NCBI GenBank assembly: GCA_036785375.1
Contig: JAWMAR010000430.1
Span: forward strand, 496,001 to 560,000
Length of the DNA: 64,000 bases
Direction: 5' to 3'
DNA from: Leucoraja ocellata
Taxonomy: Eukaryota
Made by a program: the position numbers and the translations under genes. Below the pieces are notes generated by a model. The model was given only the letters and a program-made list of their open reading frames with translations. It ran no database searches and had not been told where the DNA came from. Shown piece by piece: positions 37,821-51,085 of the stretch. The stretch's first letter is position 1. Each line of letters starts with the position of its first letter.

Positions 37821-39149
37821 TTCTTATCGTCTTGGAGGTGTCAACCTAGAATTTCCATTTTTAATTTTCTTTATCTCAAATGGGCCTGCTTACTAGTAGA
37901 AAACTAGCTCCAAATAGAAGTTGGTCAGCGTGAATAAATGTTCTCAGTCTTCATTTAATTCAGTTGTCCTGACCCTTTCACTCATACAACATGGTGCCCA
38001 AATGGTATTTTCTTTTTTGGAGACATTTAAAAAATGATCAAATTGAGCCATTATAATATGTTCTCACATTTCCCATTTTTTGTTCAAATGACCAAATGTT
38101 TTTGTGAAATTATTGCTGATTTCAATTTTGTTCTTCATTGCAAATTTCAGCTCCTGGGAATCAGTCTATGGTATACGCATAATTAAATCCATTAGCCGGG
38201 ATAACTGATGAGATTATTAACGAAAATATGTGCAGGATCATCTTTAATTGAAACAATGTGCAGAGCAGTGCGTGGATCCTGGAGATATCGGATTACTTTA
38301 ATTCAGCAGCATTTCTAGTTGGGCACACATTGTTGGGTAAGACCTGTGCTTTAAGGAAGTGTGAACCATTCTTTAAGATGTTAGTTTGGATTGACAATTC
38401 AACGAGCCAATTCCTGACAGAGTTGGCAAAGTAGGTTCATAAATTCATTTTCATAGGTGATAGGAGCAGAATTAGGCCATTCGGCCCAACAACTAAACTT
38501 CGCCATTCAATCATGGCTGATCTATCTATCCCTCTCAGCCCCATTCTCCTGCCCTCTCCCCATTACCCTTGACACCCAAACTTGACCTTAGTAGTGGGAG
38601 ATGTCCTGCATTTTAAATAATAAATTGTAATTCTCCTCCAGTTAATGGCGAACTATGAGAACAAAACATTGTATTGAGGCATAAATAGATGCAGAAAAAA
38701 TAAGTTAGTTGGTCAACGGGAACTTTATGTAAAATGATCTAGGTCCATGACAAAGTAAGTATTGGTCGATTTCTATTTTTGACATTATACAGAATGATAG
38801 GAAAGGGTAAACATTTGTTTTTTTTAATTAAATGAACAAAAAACTCTATTCTTGATTTTTAATTGGCCTCATCTGAGGTGCTTTTCAGGCTGTTTTTGCA
38901 AGGAAACAGTAATGATGTTGAATGCAAGGTTTGTATATTCCAGATACCGTGAGGGAACATAGTCGTAAAGTTGTACAGCATTGATACTGGTCCCTTGGTC
39001 CAATATGTCTTTGCTGATTATCATTTGTATCTATCCTAATCCCACTTGCCTATTTCCATATCCCTCTACTCATTCAAGCATCTTGAAGTCCAAGTGTCCT
39101 GATGGGCCCTGGATTGTGCAGTTGTTGTACAGCTGTCAATTAATAAAGA

Positions 39150-39310
39150 TGTAGGAATGAACTGCAGATGCTGGCTCATACCGAAGATAGACACAAAATG
39201 CTTGAATAACTGCAGGTCAGGCAGCGTCTCTGGAGAAAAGGAATAAGTGAAGTTTCGGGTCATTTCAATTGAAGAACAGTTCCAACCCTAAATGTCGCCT
39301 ATTCCTTCTC
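39150..39310. mobile_element. Penelope-like terminal fragment with short inversion
   Basis: gtaggaatgaactgcagatgctgg...ctctggagaaaaggaataagtgaagtttcgggtc, then inverted tgaagaacagttccaacccta aatgtcgcctattcc. Confidence 0.75.
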
Positions 39311-39552
39311 TCAAGTTAATAACGGTGCTTGCCAGATTAAAGACAATGTAATATCAGCTTTTGGGAATAGTTGATGATGCTGAACATTTCATAGTCCTGA
39401 AGTTAGTAATGCTCATGTTAACCATTCTGTTAATTGGTCTCTCAGTGGCAGTAATGGTATTTTTTTAATCTTGTGTCTTGAGCAAAATGTCCATTTCAAC
39501 AGAGTGTTTTAGTTTTGAGGGACGTAAGAGGCTTTACCATGAAGGACTAAGT

Positions 39553-39863
39553 AGGTTTAGTTTAGTTTAGTTTAGTTTAGTTTAGAGATACAATGCCGAA
39601 AAAAGCCCTTTGGCCCACCGAGTCCGTATCAACCAGCAATCTCCAAACACTAGCACTTTCCTACACACTAGGGATAATTTACAATATTTAGTGAAGCCAA
39701 TTAACCTACAAACCTGCACGTTTGCAGTGTGGGAGAAAACCGGAGCACCCAGGAAAGCCTACGCTTCACAGGGAGGAGGTACAAATTCCAAACAGACAGC
39801 ATTGAACCCAGGTCTCAGGCGCAGTAAGGCAACCACTATACCTCTGCACCACCGTCTACTGCC
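39553..39863 (-). mobile_element. HE1/V-SINE-like SINE
   Basis: (tttag)n tail, B-box gggttcaatg on the minus strand, body colinear with 56897-57217. Confidence 0.82.
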
Positions 39864-40798
39864 CCTAATTCTCTGGATATCTGTGGGAAATTTCCATAGC
39901 CTAGGAATTGTGCTGGAGATGCTACCTTTTGAAGGCACCTTTCTGTAGTCATGTACTGTTCCTTGGACATTTAAAGAACTGTGCCCCTATGTATAAGGAA
40001 GCGATTGATTAGAGTCTATTCCCTGGATATAAACACACATGTCTTGCTCTGCGGGTTACCCGGGTAACATTCCACCCATTGGACCATGTGACTGACATCA
40101 GCTCATAATCATTTGTTTCGAAGAATATCGGGAAGAGCAAAGTCATCCTATTAAGTAGTCTTGGAAGTTCTGCTGCTTTACCACTGAAGCTAAACAAGCT
40201 GTATGGAAGTTGGCATGTTGTTCAATCCAGAGCTCGGCTTTAATCCGAAATCTATTCTATCAGCAAGACAACTTATTTCCACCTCCTCAGCAGAAGTGAT
40301 CTTTGCTCCTGGCTCATCTTTCAACAAGAATGAAAATTCCTGGAGATATAAGGAGATTATAGCCATGTATGTATAATGAGCAGACCGCTATTCTTAATGC
40401 TTTTCACAAACTCGAGCATCGTCAGGGTTTAGCTGCATCTATCCTCTATCATTTGCCTGCCCTCCCGGCCTTGCTCAGTTGGCCTAGTTGTCTGACTTCA
40501 AATGAACTAAATAAGTCATGGAAATTGGCCATTTTGCCCACCGTGTCATGGTGGCCATTGAGTACTCTCTATACTAATTCCATTTATCAACACTGATTTC
40601 TATGTTAGGCATGTCAAGTGATCATCTAAATATGCAATAATGTGTGAGAGTGCCGAGCTCCAACACCTTCCAGCAGTGCAACACAGATTTCAACTGCCTT
40701 CCACGTATAAACATTTATTCCAATCCCCACTAGGTTCCTTTTCCTTTACTTTCAACCTACGCCCTCTGGTTACTGATTTCTCTGCTCAGAGGAGTCTG

Positions 40799-41197
40799 TG
40801 ATCCCCTGCAGGGGATCATTGGAGAAGAGCTCCGGCCACCGGCCTGCGGCCTAAAACACCCTGAAGCCACGGTGCCAATTCGGGCATTCCAAGCCGTGGA
40901 GTGTGTTAGACCGTCTCAACGTGGGAGTTTGGATCATCCCCATGAGAGGGCCTGTACATCGGGCCGTCCGTAGCAGCGATTACGGAGGGTTCATGGCCCT
41001 GACCACGGGTGAACAAAGGAGGAGGACTGGCTGAACTTTGTGCCTTCCACCAGAGTGAAGAATGCTGTGGTGGATGTTTGTGTTAAATCTTATTGTGTAT
41101 TGTGTGTTATTTTTAAGTGTATCGCTGCTGGCAAATTCATTTCACTGCACCTTTGTGTGCATGTGACGAATAAAATTGGCTTTGACTTTGACTTTGA
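40799..41197 (+). mobile_element. Non-coding retroposon with a Rex1/Babar-type 3' tail
   Basis: 3' end ttcatttcactgcac...tgtgacgaataaa...(tttgac)n matches the 3' end of the LINE at 42056; GC-rich non-coding body. Confidence 0.6.
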
Positions 41198-41216
41198 AAG
41201 GTTTCTCACTGTTTAT

Positions 41217-41620
41217 GGACACAAAATGCTGGAGTATCTCAGTGTGTCATAGAATGGCCTCCTGCACCTATTGTCTATTGTCTAAACATAGAAACATAGA
41301 AAATAGGTGCAGGAGTAGGTCATTCGGCCCTCCGAGCCAGCACTGAGAGCTATATCTAACTATCTCTTGAAAACATCCAGTGTATTGACCTCCACTGTCT
41401 GCTATGGCAGAGAATTCAACAGATTCACAACTCTCTGGGTGTAAAAATATTTACTCATCTCTACCTCTTATTCTTAAACTATAACCCCTGGTTCTGGACT
41501 CCCCCAACATCGGGAACATTTTTCCTGCATCTAGCCTGTCCAATCCCTGAAGGATCAGGGTCAGGCAGCATCTCTGGAGAAAAGGAAAAGGTGACGTTTT
41601 GAGTGAAGTTTCTTCAGTCT
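41217..41620 (-). mobile_element. Penelope-like terminal fragment interrupted by CR1 3' pieces (about 41250-41550)
   Basis: gacacaaaatgctggagtatctcag | CR1 with catagaaa tail and GLDRLDAGKMFP | gggtcaggcagcatctctggagaaaagg. Confidence 0.75.
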
Positions 41621-42055
41621 GAGAGGATCTCATTGTTTATCCTATCTACACCCCTCATGATTTGCACCTCACGTCAGCCTCCAACATTCCTCATCTTCCT
41701 TTTCCCTTCCCCTCATCAACACCGCCAATAGTGGCTCGGGGTCTGCTCTCCTTGTCTACATGCACCAGTGCCCTCTCACCCAATTTCCCTTTCCAGTTTT
41801 ACAAACCTCTCAGAATCCAAAATGAAAGGGTTGTGCACTGGTACAATGAGAACAACCTATGCAATAGACAGATGTCGTTCCTGAGGTTATGCTGAAACTT
41901 TTCCCTGAAGTTTTAAGGGAGCTTTTCACTGGAGATACAACTTGGCTGTTGCCTTAAACCATAAGAAGTTGTCCTTTGGAGGCATGAGAAAGCTGCTGCC
42001 TTACATTTACGGAGGAAGTTCTCTGGAATTATGATGAGGCTGTGAAGCAACTGCT

Positions 42056-43547
42056 TCAAGTCAAGTCAAGTCAAGTCAAGTTTATTTGTCACATACACAT
42101 ACGAGATGTGCAGTGAAATGAAAGTGGCAATGCTCGCGGAACAACAAAACAACCAAACAAATTATAAACACAATCATAACACACATATTATTTTACATAA
42201 TAAATAATAGAAGGAAAAACGTTCTGTACAGTTAGTCCCTGGTGAGAAAGGCGTTTACAGTCCGAATTGCCTCTGGGAAGAAACTCCTTCTCAACCTCTC
42301 CGTTCTCACTGGATGGCAACGGAGGCGTTTGCCTGACCGTAGCGGCTGGAACAGTCCGTTGCAGGGGTGGAAGGGGTCTCTCATGATTTTGTTTGCTCTG
42401 GAGTTGCACCTCCTGTTGTATAGTTCCTGCAGGGGGGTGAGTGAAGTTCCCATAGTGCGTTCGGCCGAACGCACTACTCTCTGCAGAGCCTTCTTGTCCT
42501 TGGCAGAGCAATTCCCGAACCAGATGGTAATGTTCCCGGACAAGATGCTTTCCACCGCCGCTGCGTAGAAGCACTGGAGGATCCTCGGAGACACTCTGAA
42601 TTTCCTCAATTGCCTGAGGTGGTAAAGGCGCTGCCTTGCCTTACTCACCAGTGCTGAGGCGTGTGATGACCATGTCATATCCTCAGAGATGTGGACTCCC
42701 AGATATTTAAAACAGTTCACCCTATCCACAGAATCCCCATTTATACTCAATGGAGTGTACGTCCTCGGATGATGTGCCCTCCTAAAGTCCATGATCAGCT
42801 CCTTCATTTTTTTGATGTTCAAGAGGAGGCTGTTCTCCTGGCACCAGAGTGCTAGATCAGCCACCTCCTCCTGGTAGGCCCTCTCATCATTGTCTAAGAT
42901 CAGGCCCACCACCACAGTGTCATCAGCAAACTTAATTATTGAATTGGAGCTGAACCTAGCCACACAGTCATGTGTGTACAGGGAGTACAATAGGGGGCTG
43001 AGGACGCAACCCTGGGGCGATCCTGTGCTCAGGGTGAGGGACTTCGATGTATTCCCTCCCATCTTGACTACCTGGGGCCTGGCGGTGAGAAAGTCCAGGA
43101 CCCAGGCACACAGGGAGGTGTTGAGCCCCAATTCCAGTAGCTTCCCGGCCAGTCTGGTGGGGACTATCGTGTTGAAGGCTGAACTGTAGTCTATAAACAG
43201 CATCCTCACGTAGCCCCCCTTCTGGCTGTCCAGATGGGAGAGAGCGGTGTGCAAGACCTGGGAGACCGCATCGTCCGTGGACCTGTTCGGACGGTATGCA
43301 AACTGCAACGGGTCCATGTTCCGAGGGAGGAAGGCGCAGATGTGATTCTTCACCAGCCTCTCAAAGCATTTCATGACTACCGAGGTAAGGGCCACCGGAC
43401 GGTAGTCATTCAGGCAGGCTGGGGAGGCATTTTTTGGTACCGGTACAATGATGGATTTTTTGAAGCAGGCAGGGACCACGGACTTGTCCAGGGAGAGGTT
43501 GAATAATGTAGTGAGCACTGGAGCTAGCTGCGTAGCACAGGACTTCT
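42056..43547 (-). mobile_element. 5'-truncated Rex1/Babar-clade LINE with intact RT frame
   Basis: About 437 aa uninterrupted: [52 protein letters not shown]; 3'UTR and (cttga)n tail. Confidence 0.95.
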
Positions 43548-44049
43548 GCATTATATATATTTTTAAAGGTTATTCCTACATAAAATCCTGAATTCTCTTG
43601 TTCCATTTGCAAAACTAACATTCATTCACTTTCAAATCCAATATAAAAATGGACAACATGTATGCCAATAATCTGAATATTTTTAAGTACGGTTTGTGCT
43701 GTTCTTCACATAGTTTCTGAGATGTGACACATTTTAATTTGTAAGTGGATGATAGCCTAGGTTTAAATTTTCAGATGCACAGCTTGATTCAAGATTTGGC
43801 CTTTGAGGTATCACAATGGACTTACCATTGTTAATTTAATTTCTTGTAGAGGTTAAAAGATCAAAATGTTAAGAAGGAAAATGCAAGAAGGAACAAAACA
43901 TTGGTAAATAATAATCGCAAATGTTTTGAAAGGACAATAGTTCAAATTCATTTAGGCTTTGTCCACCTATTTGCTTCTTGTCTTGAAGACAAGGAGTTGT
44001 ATTTAAGATGGTTCTACTGTTATACATGGGTGGCCTCCAGTACTTTGGA

Positions 44050-44545
44050 TATTCAATGGTTCAATGGTTCTTTATTATCACATGAAGCAAGGTATAGTGA
44101 AACACTTGTTTTGCATACAGTTCAGTAAAAGAGTACAAGAGTCGCCAGGTTTGACACCATTTTCAAAGTCCAAGCTGCGGCTGGTCATCCGGATCATCCA
44201 GCAAACCATCGTCCCTCTTCTCGCCCGGCCACCGTTCGGTCTTTGTGCCCTGGGGGCACCTCAGTCATCCGAACCTTGTGGATGCGAATGGTAAGTCCCT
44301 GGTTCTTCTTACCAGCCATTGGGTCTTGCATCCGGTATCACCCACTACTTCTACCCTCCTCTCTGGTTCTCCGTTCCGCTGGGCCAGGCGGGGTCCAGGC
44401 TCGGCAGCTCTTCCTTCTCGATGGTTTCCCTCTTCAGGCTTTCATCACATCAGGCGGGATTCCCGGTTCCATGGAGGGAGATCCAACCCTGCCTTATGTC
44501 CCGAGAGTCTTTGCACTTCACGGCCCCACAGCCCCTGTTCCGGAA
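44050..44545 (-). mobile_element. Non-coding retroposon (SINE-like), same family as 58075-58330
   Basis: Tail (ttcaatgg)n, tttattatcacatg...agtgaaa...ttgttttgc and aagagtcgcca.gttt are shared with 58075-58330. Confidence 0.55.
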
Positions 44546-44684
44546 TTTTTATTCATGGAATAGTCAAGGTTGACAGGTTGTTCTAACGCAGGTTATTGTA
44601 CAACTGAATTGATAGAACAAAATTATAGAGAATATTAAATGTGACTTTCATCTAGTACTGCAACAATGACAAGTTGAAAGAGAT

Positions 44685-45077
44685 CATGAGACAAAATAGC
44701 CTCAAACTAGGAACTGGTTGAATCAAGTTCAGGAAACATTCACGTTCTTGACCTTTATGTTGTAAGCGAATAACATTATTTAAGATCACTCCCAGCTGTT
44801 TATTATACCGGATTTGAAAGGACCATTTAAAACTATGAGAAATGAGGCTATGTTGGTTGTGTTGATGCAGTTCCACTGCAATGGGATTATGTTCTTGAAA
44901 TACAACATTCTTTTCATTTCTCATAGTTTTCAATGGTCCTTTCAAATCCGGTATAATAAATAGCTGGGAGTGATCTTAAAGAATGTTATTCGCTTGCAAC
45001 ATAAATGTCAAGAACATGGTGAATGTTTCCTGAACTTGATTCAACCAGTTCCTAGTTTGAGGCTATTTTGTCTCATG
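44685..45077. repeat. Long inverted repeat (fold-back element)
   Basis: Arms 44685-44845 and 44914-45077 are reverse complements with few mismatches; 68-nt spacer. Confidence 0.95.
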
Positions 45078-45510
45078 TCATGCTTACAACGTATATTTTG
45101 GTTTACATGTTTACCTTATTTGTGTCATAATTTTACAACTACTATTTGGTTATTAACATTTTTGCTGTAACCATTTTCCCTTCAAAGAAAACATCCTAAA
45201 CAAAAAACCTATTAAATAAATTAGACCCAATAACCCCAGGGCACTAAGATGCCTTCACTTGCTGAAGAATCACTAATTTTACTGAAATGCTCCAGGAAAT
45301 TCATCTTGATGTACACACATTCCAGAAGCACCTCGAAGCTTTCAAAGTCCAGGGACTTCCTATAAATACCACAACTCATAATTCAATATTTAAAACTGGC
45401 ACCCTACTGCTTTTGACACCCTTTCTCCAGAGGATCTTTGAAGCCCAAGCCAATGCATGTGTCTGTGTCTGTGAACCTGCTTTTCCCTACATTTTTTAAA
45501 AGGAGTCGGC

Positions 45511-45671
45511 NNNNNNNNNNNNNNNNNNNNNNNNNNNNNNNNNNNNNNNNNNNNNNNNNNNNNNNNNNNNNNNNNNNNNNNNNNNNNNNNNNNNNNNNNN
45601 NNNNNNNNNNNNNNNNNNNNNNNNNNNNNNNNNNNNNNNNNNNNNNNNNNNNNNNNNNNNNNNNNNNNNNN
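45511..45671. other. Assembly gap (N)
   Basis: Run of N. Confidence 1.
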
Positions 45672-45819
45672 GACAGAATATGCCTAAGGGCAGAACAGTA
45701 GAGGTGGTGTGCTGAAGGCTCATTGTGGTGTGGCGGGAGATTGCATTATTTACTTACCCTACTGATATGAACGGCACAGCACGATAATTATCCTGCACCC
45801 TGCAACATGTTTTTAGTTG

Positions 45820-46148
45820 ATGGCGCAGTGACATGGCTACCCTCAGAGCTCTGATGCTGATGTCTAATGCTGACTGCATGGGTTTTGAACATTCTCCCCA
45901 TGAGTGTGCAAATTTCCCTCGAGAGCTCCAATTTCTTCCCACATCCCAGAGGCATGTGGGTTGGCCGGTTAATGGAATAGTGTAATTTATCCCCAGTGTG
46001 CAGGGGAGTGATAGAATCTGGAGGATGTTGATGGGAATGTGGGTATATTCAATTGGTAATATGACTGGAATGGTGTACAAAGGTGGTTGATGTTCAGTGT
46101 GGACTCAGTGGGGCTCAGGCCTGTTTCTGTGCTGGATGACTCGATGAC
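45820..46148 (+). mobile_element. Decayed V-SINE-like SINE
   Basis: tggcgcagtg A-box-like motif; acattctccccatgagtgtg...ctccaatttcttcccacatccca core; CR1-like tail ggcctgtttctgtgctg. Confidence 0.65.
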
Positions 46149-46593
46149 AAGTGCGTGTTCTTGCTGATGTGATGAAACATTCGAATTTCAGGTGACTAAA
46201 AAAAAACAAATTATCAAGAAAGATCTTTAGCGCTTAGGGTGAAGTCATAGGAAATACAATGAAATTCAAACCTGTTCTGCTGCTGCTGCAAGTCAGAATG
46301 TAATTGTTCTGTTTCAAGACATATGACAATAATACACTCTTGACTCTAGGGTAAATGATAAGTAAAACTCTCTTGAACCTACACAAAGTTACTTTGCAAA
46401 CATGACTTTTAACCCGATAATCAAATGAAGAAACAATATTCTTTCTGCAGCTACATTCTACTTTACTCAGAGCCAGTTATTTAAAGGAACCTATTTAATG
46501 TCTGTACAAAGATGCCATGTTGCACAAATGTAGAATTTAATGTGTGAATACACCACCACTTGTAGACACTGATTTGTAACTGCACTGATGTGT

Positions 46594-46697
46594 TGTAGGA
46601 AGGAACTGCAGATGCTGGTTTAAACCGAAGATAGACACAACAAGCTGAAGTAACTCAGCGGGACAGGCAGCATCTCTGGATAGAAGGAATGGTTGAT
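46594..46697 (-). mobile_element. Penelope-like terminal fragment
   Basis: tgtaggaaggaactgcagatgctggtttaaaccgaagatagacac...gtaactcagcgggacaggcagcatctctgg. Confidence 0.8.
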
Positions 46698-46802
46698 ACA
46701 GAGATAAGGAAGAGTTTGCTCTCTGATTTGTAATCACAGGCATATTACAAACATTTTGAAATTGAGCCGACCCTTATTATGTTTGAACTGCTTTGTTGAC
46801 AA

Positions 46803-47043
46803 CAGAGAGTGGTGAATCTCTGGAACTCTCTGCCACAGAGGGTAGTTGAGGCCAGTTCATTGGCTATATTTAAGAGGGAGTTAGATGTGGCCCTTGTGGC
46901 TAAGGGGATCAGGGGGTATGGAGAGAAGGCAGGTACGGAATACTGAGTTGGATGATCAGCCATGATCATATTGAATGGCGGTGCAGGCTCGAAGGGCCGA
47001 ATGGCCTACTCCTGCACCTAATTTCTATGTTTCTATGTTTCTA
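46803..47043 (+). mobile_element. CR1 3' end (young family)
   Basis: Near-identical to 12585-12828; (tttctatg)n tail. Confidence 0.95.
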
Positions 47044-48118
47044 ATTAATCCTTTAGCTTCACGATTATAGTTTTTCCCCACCTTCTTAAACTAATTTTAT
47101 TTCCTTTCTTACCTCATTCCTTTCTTACCTACATGGCCAGAATACCATTCTATCAGTTCCCTTGTATCAATCTCATCCTTGCACCAATATCCCTGATTCT
47201 CAATATCATTCTCTCCCCATTCCAATTCATTAATATATATTGATAATTCCCTCATTATCTTTCTCTTATCTTTTCCTTATCTCATTATTCCTTTGCTTTA
47301 AACATATCCGAAGAGCATTTCAGGTGAGGTAAAGCCGCACAATGACTGAAACGTGATCACATTTCTCCTCATGGAAAATGCAGGTTGTGTTTTTTTTCCC
47401 ATTACTTCCAGCATTTTAACTCTTGTACTAACTCTGGAATGCAGCTGGTTCTCAGTTAAATAGTAAATCAAAAGCTTCAATTGAAATTATTGTTCAGATC
47501 ACTGCTCCCTTGTCCAAAAGAAAGATTCTCGCATGATTAAACTCATGTTCCAAGTCATGGGCTTCTCAACAAAGCATTAAAGACACCTTCAGCAAAATAA
47601 CGCTCATCCCAATGTCGTTGTACAACAAGATTTATAACATTTTATATTCTCCCAGAAGTAAGACAGTCATAACATAGATGTTAGCTGCTGATCAAGGCAA
47701 AGGAGAATTCAAAAATAACTGGGATAAATGCAGATAATGGTAAAAACACTCAGTGGTTCTGGTGAAGGGTCTTCAACCAGAAACATCTATTCCATATCTC
47801 TTTCCACGGATGCTGCCTGGCATTTATATGTGTCAGGATTTTCTGTTTTTATTTGAAATTTCCAGAATGTGCAGTTTTGTTTTATTTACATTTTGTTTTA
47901 GTGAGGGTGGTGCCTCACAGCTCCAAGGCTCTGGGTTCAATTCTGACCACAGGTGTTACTGCATGTGTGCAGATTATGCATGTATTCTACATGGGTTTCA
48001 TTCATGCTTTGGTTTCCCCTCATATTACAAAAAGGTGCCTGTGATTAAATAGCCACAGTTAATTATGTCCATCTCGGGAATCACACAAGAGTTGATGAGC
48101 ATATGTGCGAGTGACACC

Positions 48119-48324
48119 AAAGATAGACTCTAAATGCTGGAGTAACGCAGTGGGACAGGTAGCATCTCTGAAGAGAAGGAACGGGTGACATTTTGGGTGA
48201 AGAAAGGTCTCGACCCGAACCATCACACATTCCCTCTCTCCAGAGATGCTGCCTGTCCCGCTGAGTTACTCCAGCATTTTGTGGATATATTCAGTGTAAC
48301 CAGCATCTGCAGTTCCTTCCTACA
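48119..48324. mobile_element. Fold-back (inverted dimer) Penelope-like terminal fragment
   Basis: Left arm aaatgctggagtaacgcagtgggacaggtagcatctctg and right arm cagagatgctgcctgtcccgctgagttactccagcattt; junction at the hammerhead core. Confidence 0.85.
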
Positions 48325-48522
48325 TATTTGTTTTCGGCAATATCAGGAAATAAGGAGAGAGAGTTTCGTAAATAATGATGTTGCTCAACTTAGGGCCAGC
48401 ATGGACGTTTGGGTTAAATGGCCACATCCAGTGTTATTATAGGTGTATAGTAAGTAGAAATTAAGATTTACTGCTTATGAAAGCAGCAACTTTAAAAAAA
48501 ATTGTCCTACACACAGAAACAT

Positions 48523-49470
48523 CATTGGATTTGGATGATTTGAATGAGAACGTACATGGCAAGATTAGTAAGTTTGCAGATGATACAGAAGTGGGTGGTT
48601 TTGCAAATCGTGAAGATGGCTGTAAGAAATTGTAGCAGGATATTGATCGATTGATCAGGTGGGCTGAGGAATGGTTTTGGTCGAATTTGATACAGAGAAA
48701 TGTGAGATGTTCCATTTTGGTAAGTTTGCCATGGGCAGGACCTGAATGGTAGGGCTCTGGGGAATGTTGAAGAGCAGAGGGATCTAGGAGTGCAGGTGCA
48801 TTGGTCCTTGAAGGTGGAATCGCAGGTAGATAGGTTGGTCAAAAAGGCTTTTGGCACATTGGCCTTCATCAGAGTATTGAGTATGGGAGGTCATGTTGCA
48901 GTTATATAAAACGTTGATGAGGCTGCATTTAGAGTATTGTGTTCAGTTCTGGGCACCATGGTATAGAAAAGATGTTGTCAAGCTGGAAAGGGTACGATTT
49001 ACGAGGATGTTGCCAAGACTCGAAGGTCTAAGCTATAGTGAGAGGGTGCGTAGGCTGGGACTCCATTCCTTGGAGCACAGGAGGATGAGGGGTGATCGTA
49101 TAGAGGTCTATAAGATCATGAAGGGAATAGATCGGGTAGATTTACAATCTTTTGCCCAGGGCAGGGAATTGATGACCAGAGGGCATAGTTTTAAGGTGAA
49201 GGGGAAAAGATTTAATAGGAATCTGAGGGATAACTTTTTCACACAAACAGTGGTGGGTGTTTGGAATGAGTTGTCATAGGAGGTAGTTGAGGCAGGGACT
49301 ATCGCAATGTTTAAGAAACAGTCAGACACGTACATAGATAGGACAGGTTTGGAGGGATATGGGCCAAACCCAGAGAGTTAGGACTAGCATAGCTGGGACA
49401 TGTTGGCCAGTGTGGGCAAGTTGGGCCGAAGGTCCTGTTTCCATGCATGAATGACTCTATGACTATGAAT
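48523..49470 (+). mobile_element. CR1 LINE 3' portion, decayed
   Basis: KFADDT region, LYKTLMRLHLEYCVQFW and GLHSLEHRRMRGD; (gactctat) tail. Confidence 0.92.
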
Positions 49471-51085
49471 CTATTAACAACAATAATTGTTCATCTGCAA
49501 TCATTATAATGATGTGTAGTGTAGCAAACAATGTGTCGTTGCCTTCTCTGACTTGAGAGTTTACAGATGCCAAAGTATGATTCCCACATAGATGCCGTCA
49601 CACATTTTAACAGCAATGTTCATCAAAGACTGTCCACTTTAATCTCCTGCTTCATTTGTCTTCATCTCTCTACTCTGCTCAGAGAATCATATGATTACAT
49701 ACAGAAGGAAGATTAATGAAAGAGTTATTCCTTTATCTTTTCCCCTTCACCCTGACAGTTGTTCCCTTTCTCATGTTCATTTCCACTATGGATATTACCA
49801 CAGAAACTGCCTCAAACACCTTTTACAGCAGTACATTCTTGATCATGTCAAGTTGTTGCATTGTAAAATAAATCTCCCTGTCCATGTTCATATTCTTTAC
49901 CAATCAGTCACCTTTTAAATTCTGCCCTTTGGCTACTGATCCTCTTTCAAGTTTGTGTTGGCCGGTGTGGGCGTTGTGCCGAAGGGGCTGTTTCTATTAC
50001 GCATTGACTCTAAGTTGAGGCAGCTCTTTTTCCTGTATCTAAACCACACCATGGTTTTAATTGTCTCTGAAATCTCCACTTCGCTCTTTCCACTACAATG
50101 AGAACCATCCCATCCCTTCTTCTTGTTCTCTTCCCAATCTCAATCTGGGCACATGCAAATTATTTGCCCATCACCACCCCACCTTCCGTCTGACCACTTC
50201 CCCAGCCGCATCTGGTTCCACCCTCTATCCATCTCCTCTCCTTGACCGTGTCACTCATCGGGCCTGTAATCTGCGGAGGCTGTTGTGACTGTAAAGCGAG
50301 TCACACCACTGCCACGACAGTGGAACCTTACTTCGATTTTAAATGCTACTCTATATTTACACTGCCACTGAGATAAGTCAGAGTAGCCAGAATCAATAGC
50401 GGATGTTCAGCACCAAAGTACATATGCAAGTCATTTCTTTACTTAGCAGCAGGTTATATGAAACCCTCATTGACATAATGATACATGGGCAGTCAATAGT
50501 AAATCTACCCCAACACACTAGGTGAAAGGGGATCTATAACTTCCCCCAGTTCTCACATTGGATTAGAACTGCTGATATGTACCCTTTAAGCTGTTTTATT
50601 CCTTGATGTAAATTTCATTAGAGTATTTGATGAGAAAAAAAATCTAGTGCTATTAACATCAATATTGCCAGCTTTATTTACAGAACTAAAATCATTTAAC
50701 TATTCTAATCTCAATTTATTCATGCATACTCAAAGAACAGAAAGCCAACAGATGACCCAGTTACTTTTTCCCGGTGAGAAACTACTGATTTTATTTAAAT
50801 TGATTCTGTACTTGCAAAAAAAAACAATAAATGAAAAATGAAAAACGTCACTGTTAAATCTCTTAGGAGACCCTGACTTTCTGAAAATGAGAATTATTAT
50901 TTATTTTCTAAATTTACACGTTCAGCACCAAACCTCAATGAAAATTACATTAAAACATATTGTCGCTGAATGACCTTGAAGTGTCCATGAAGGTAAAAAT
51001 CCACACAGGCAACTTGGAAAGTTCATATTCACACGAATTGTTGAAGCTTTGGGGGGAGCATTAGATCATAAGGCCATAAGTGTTA

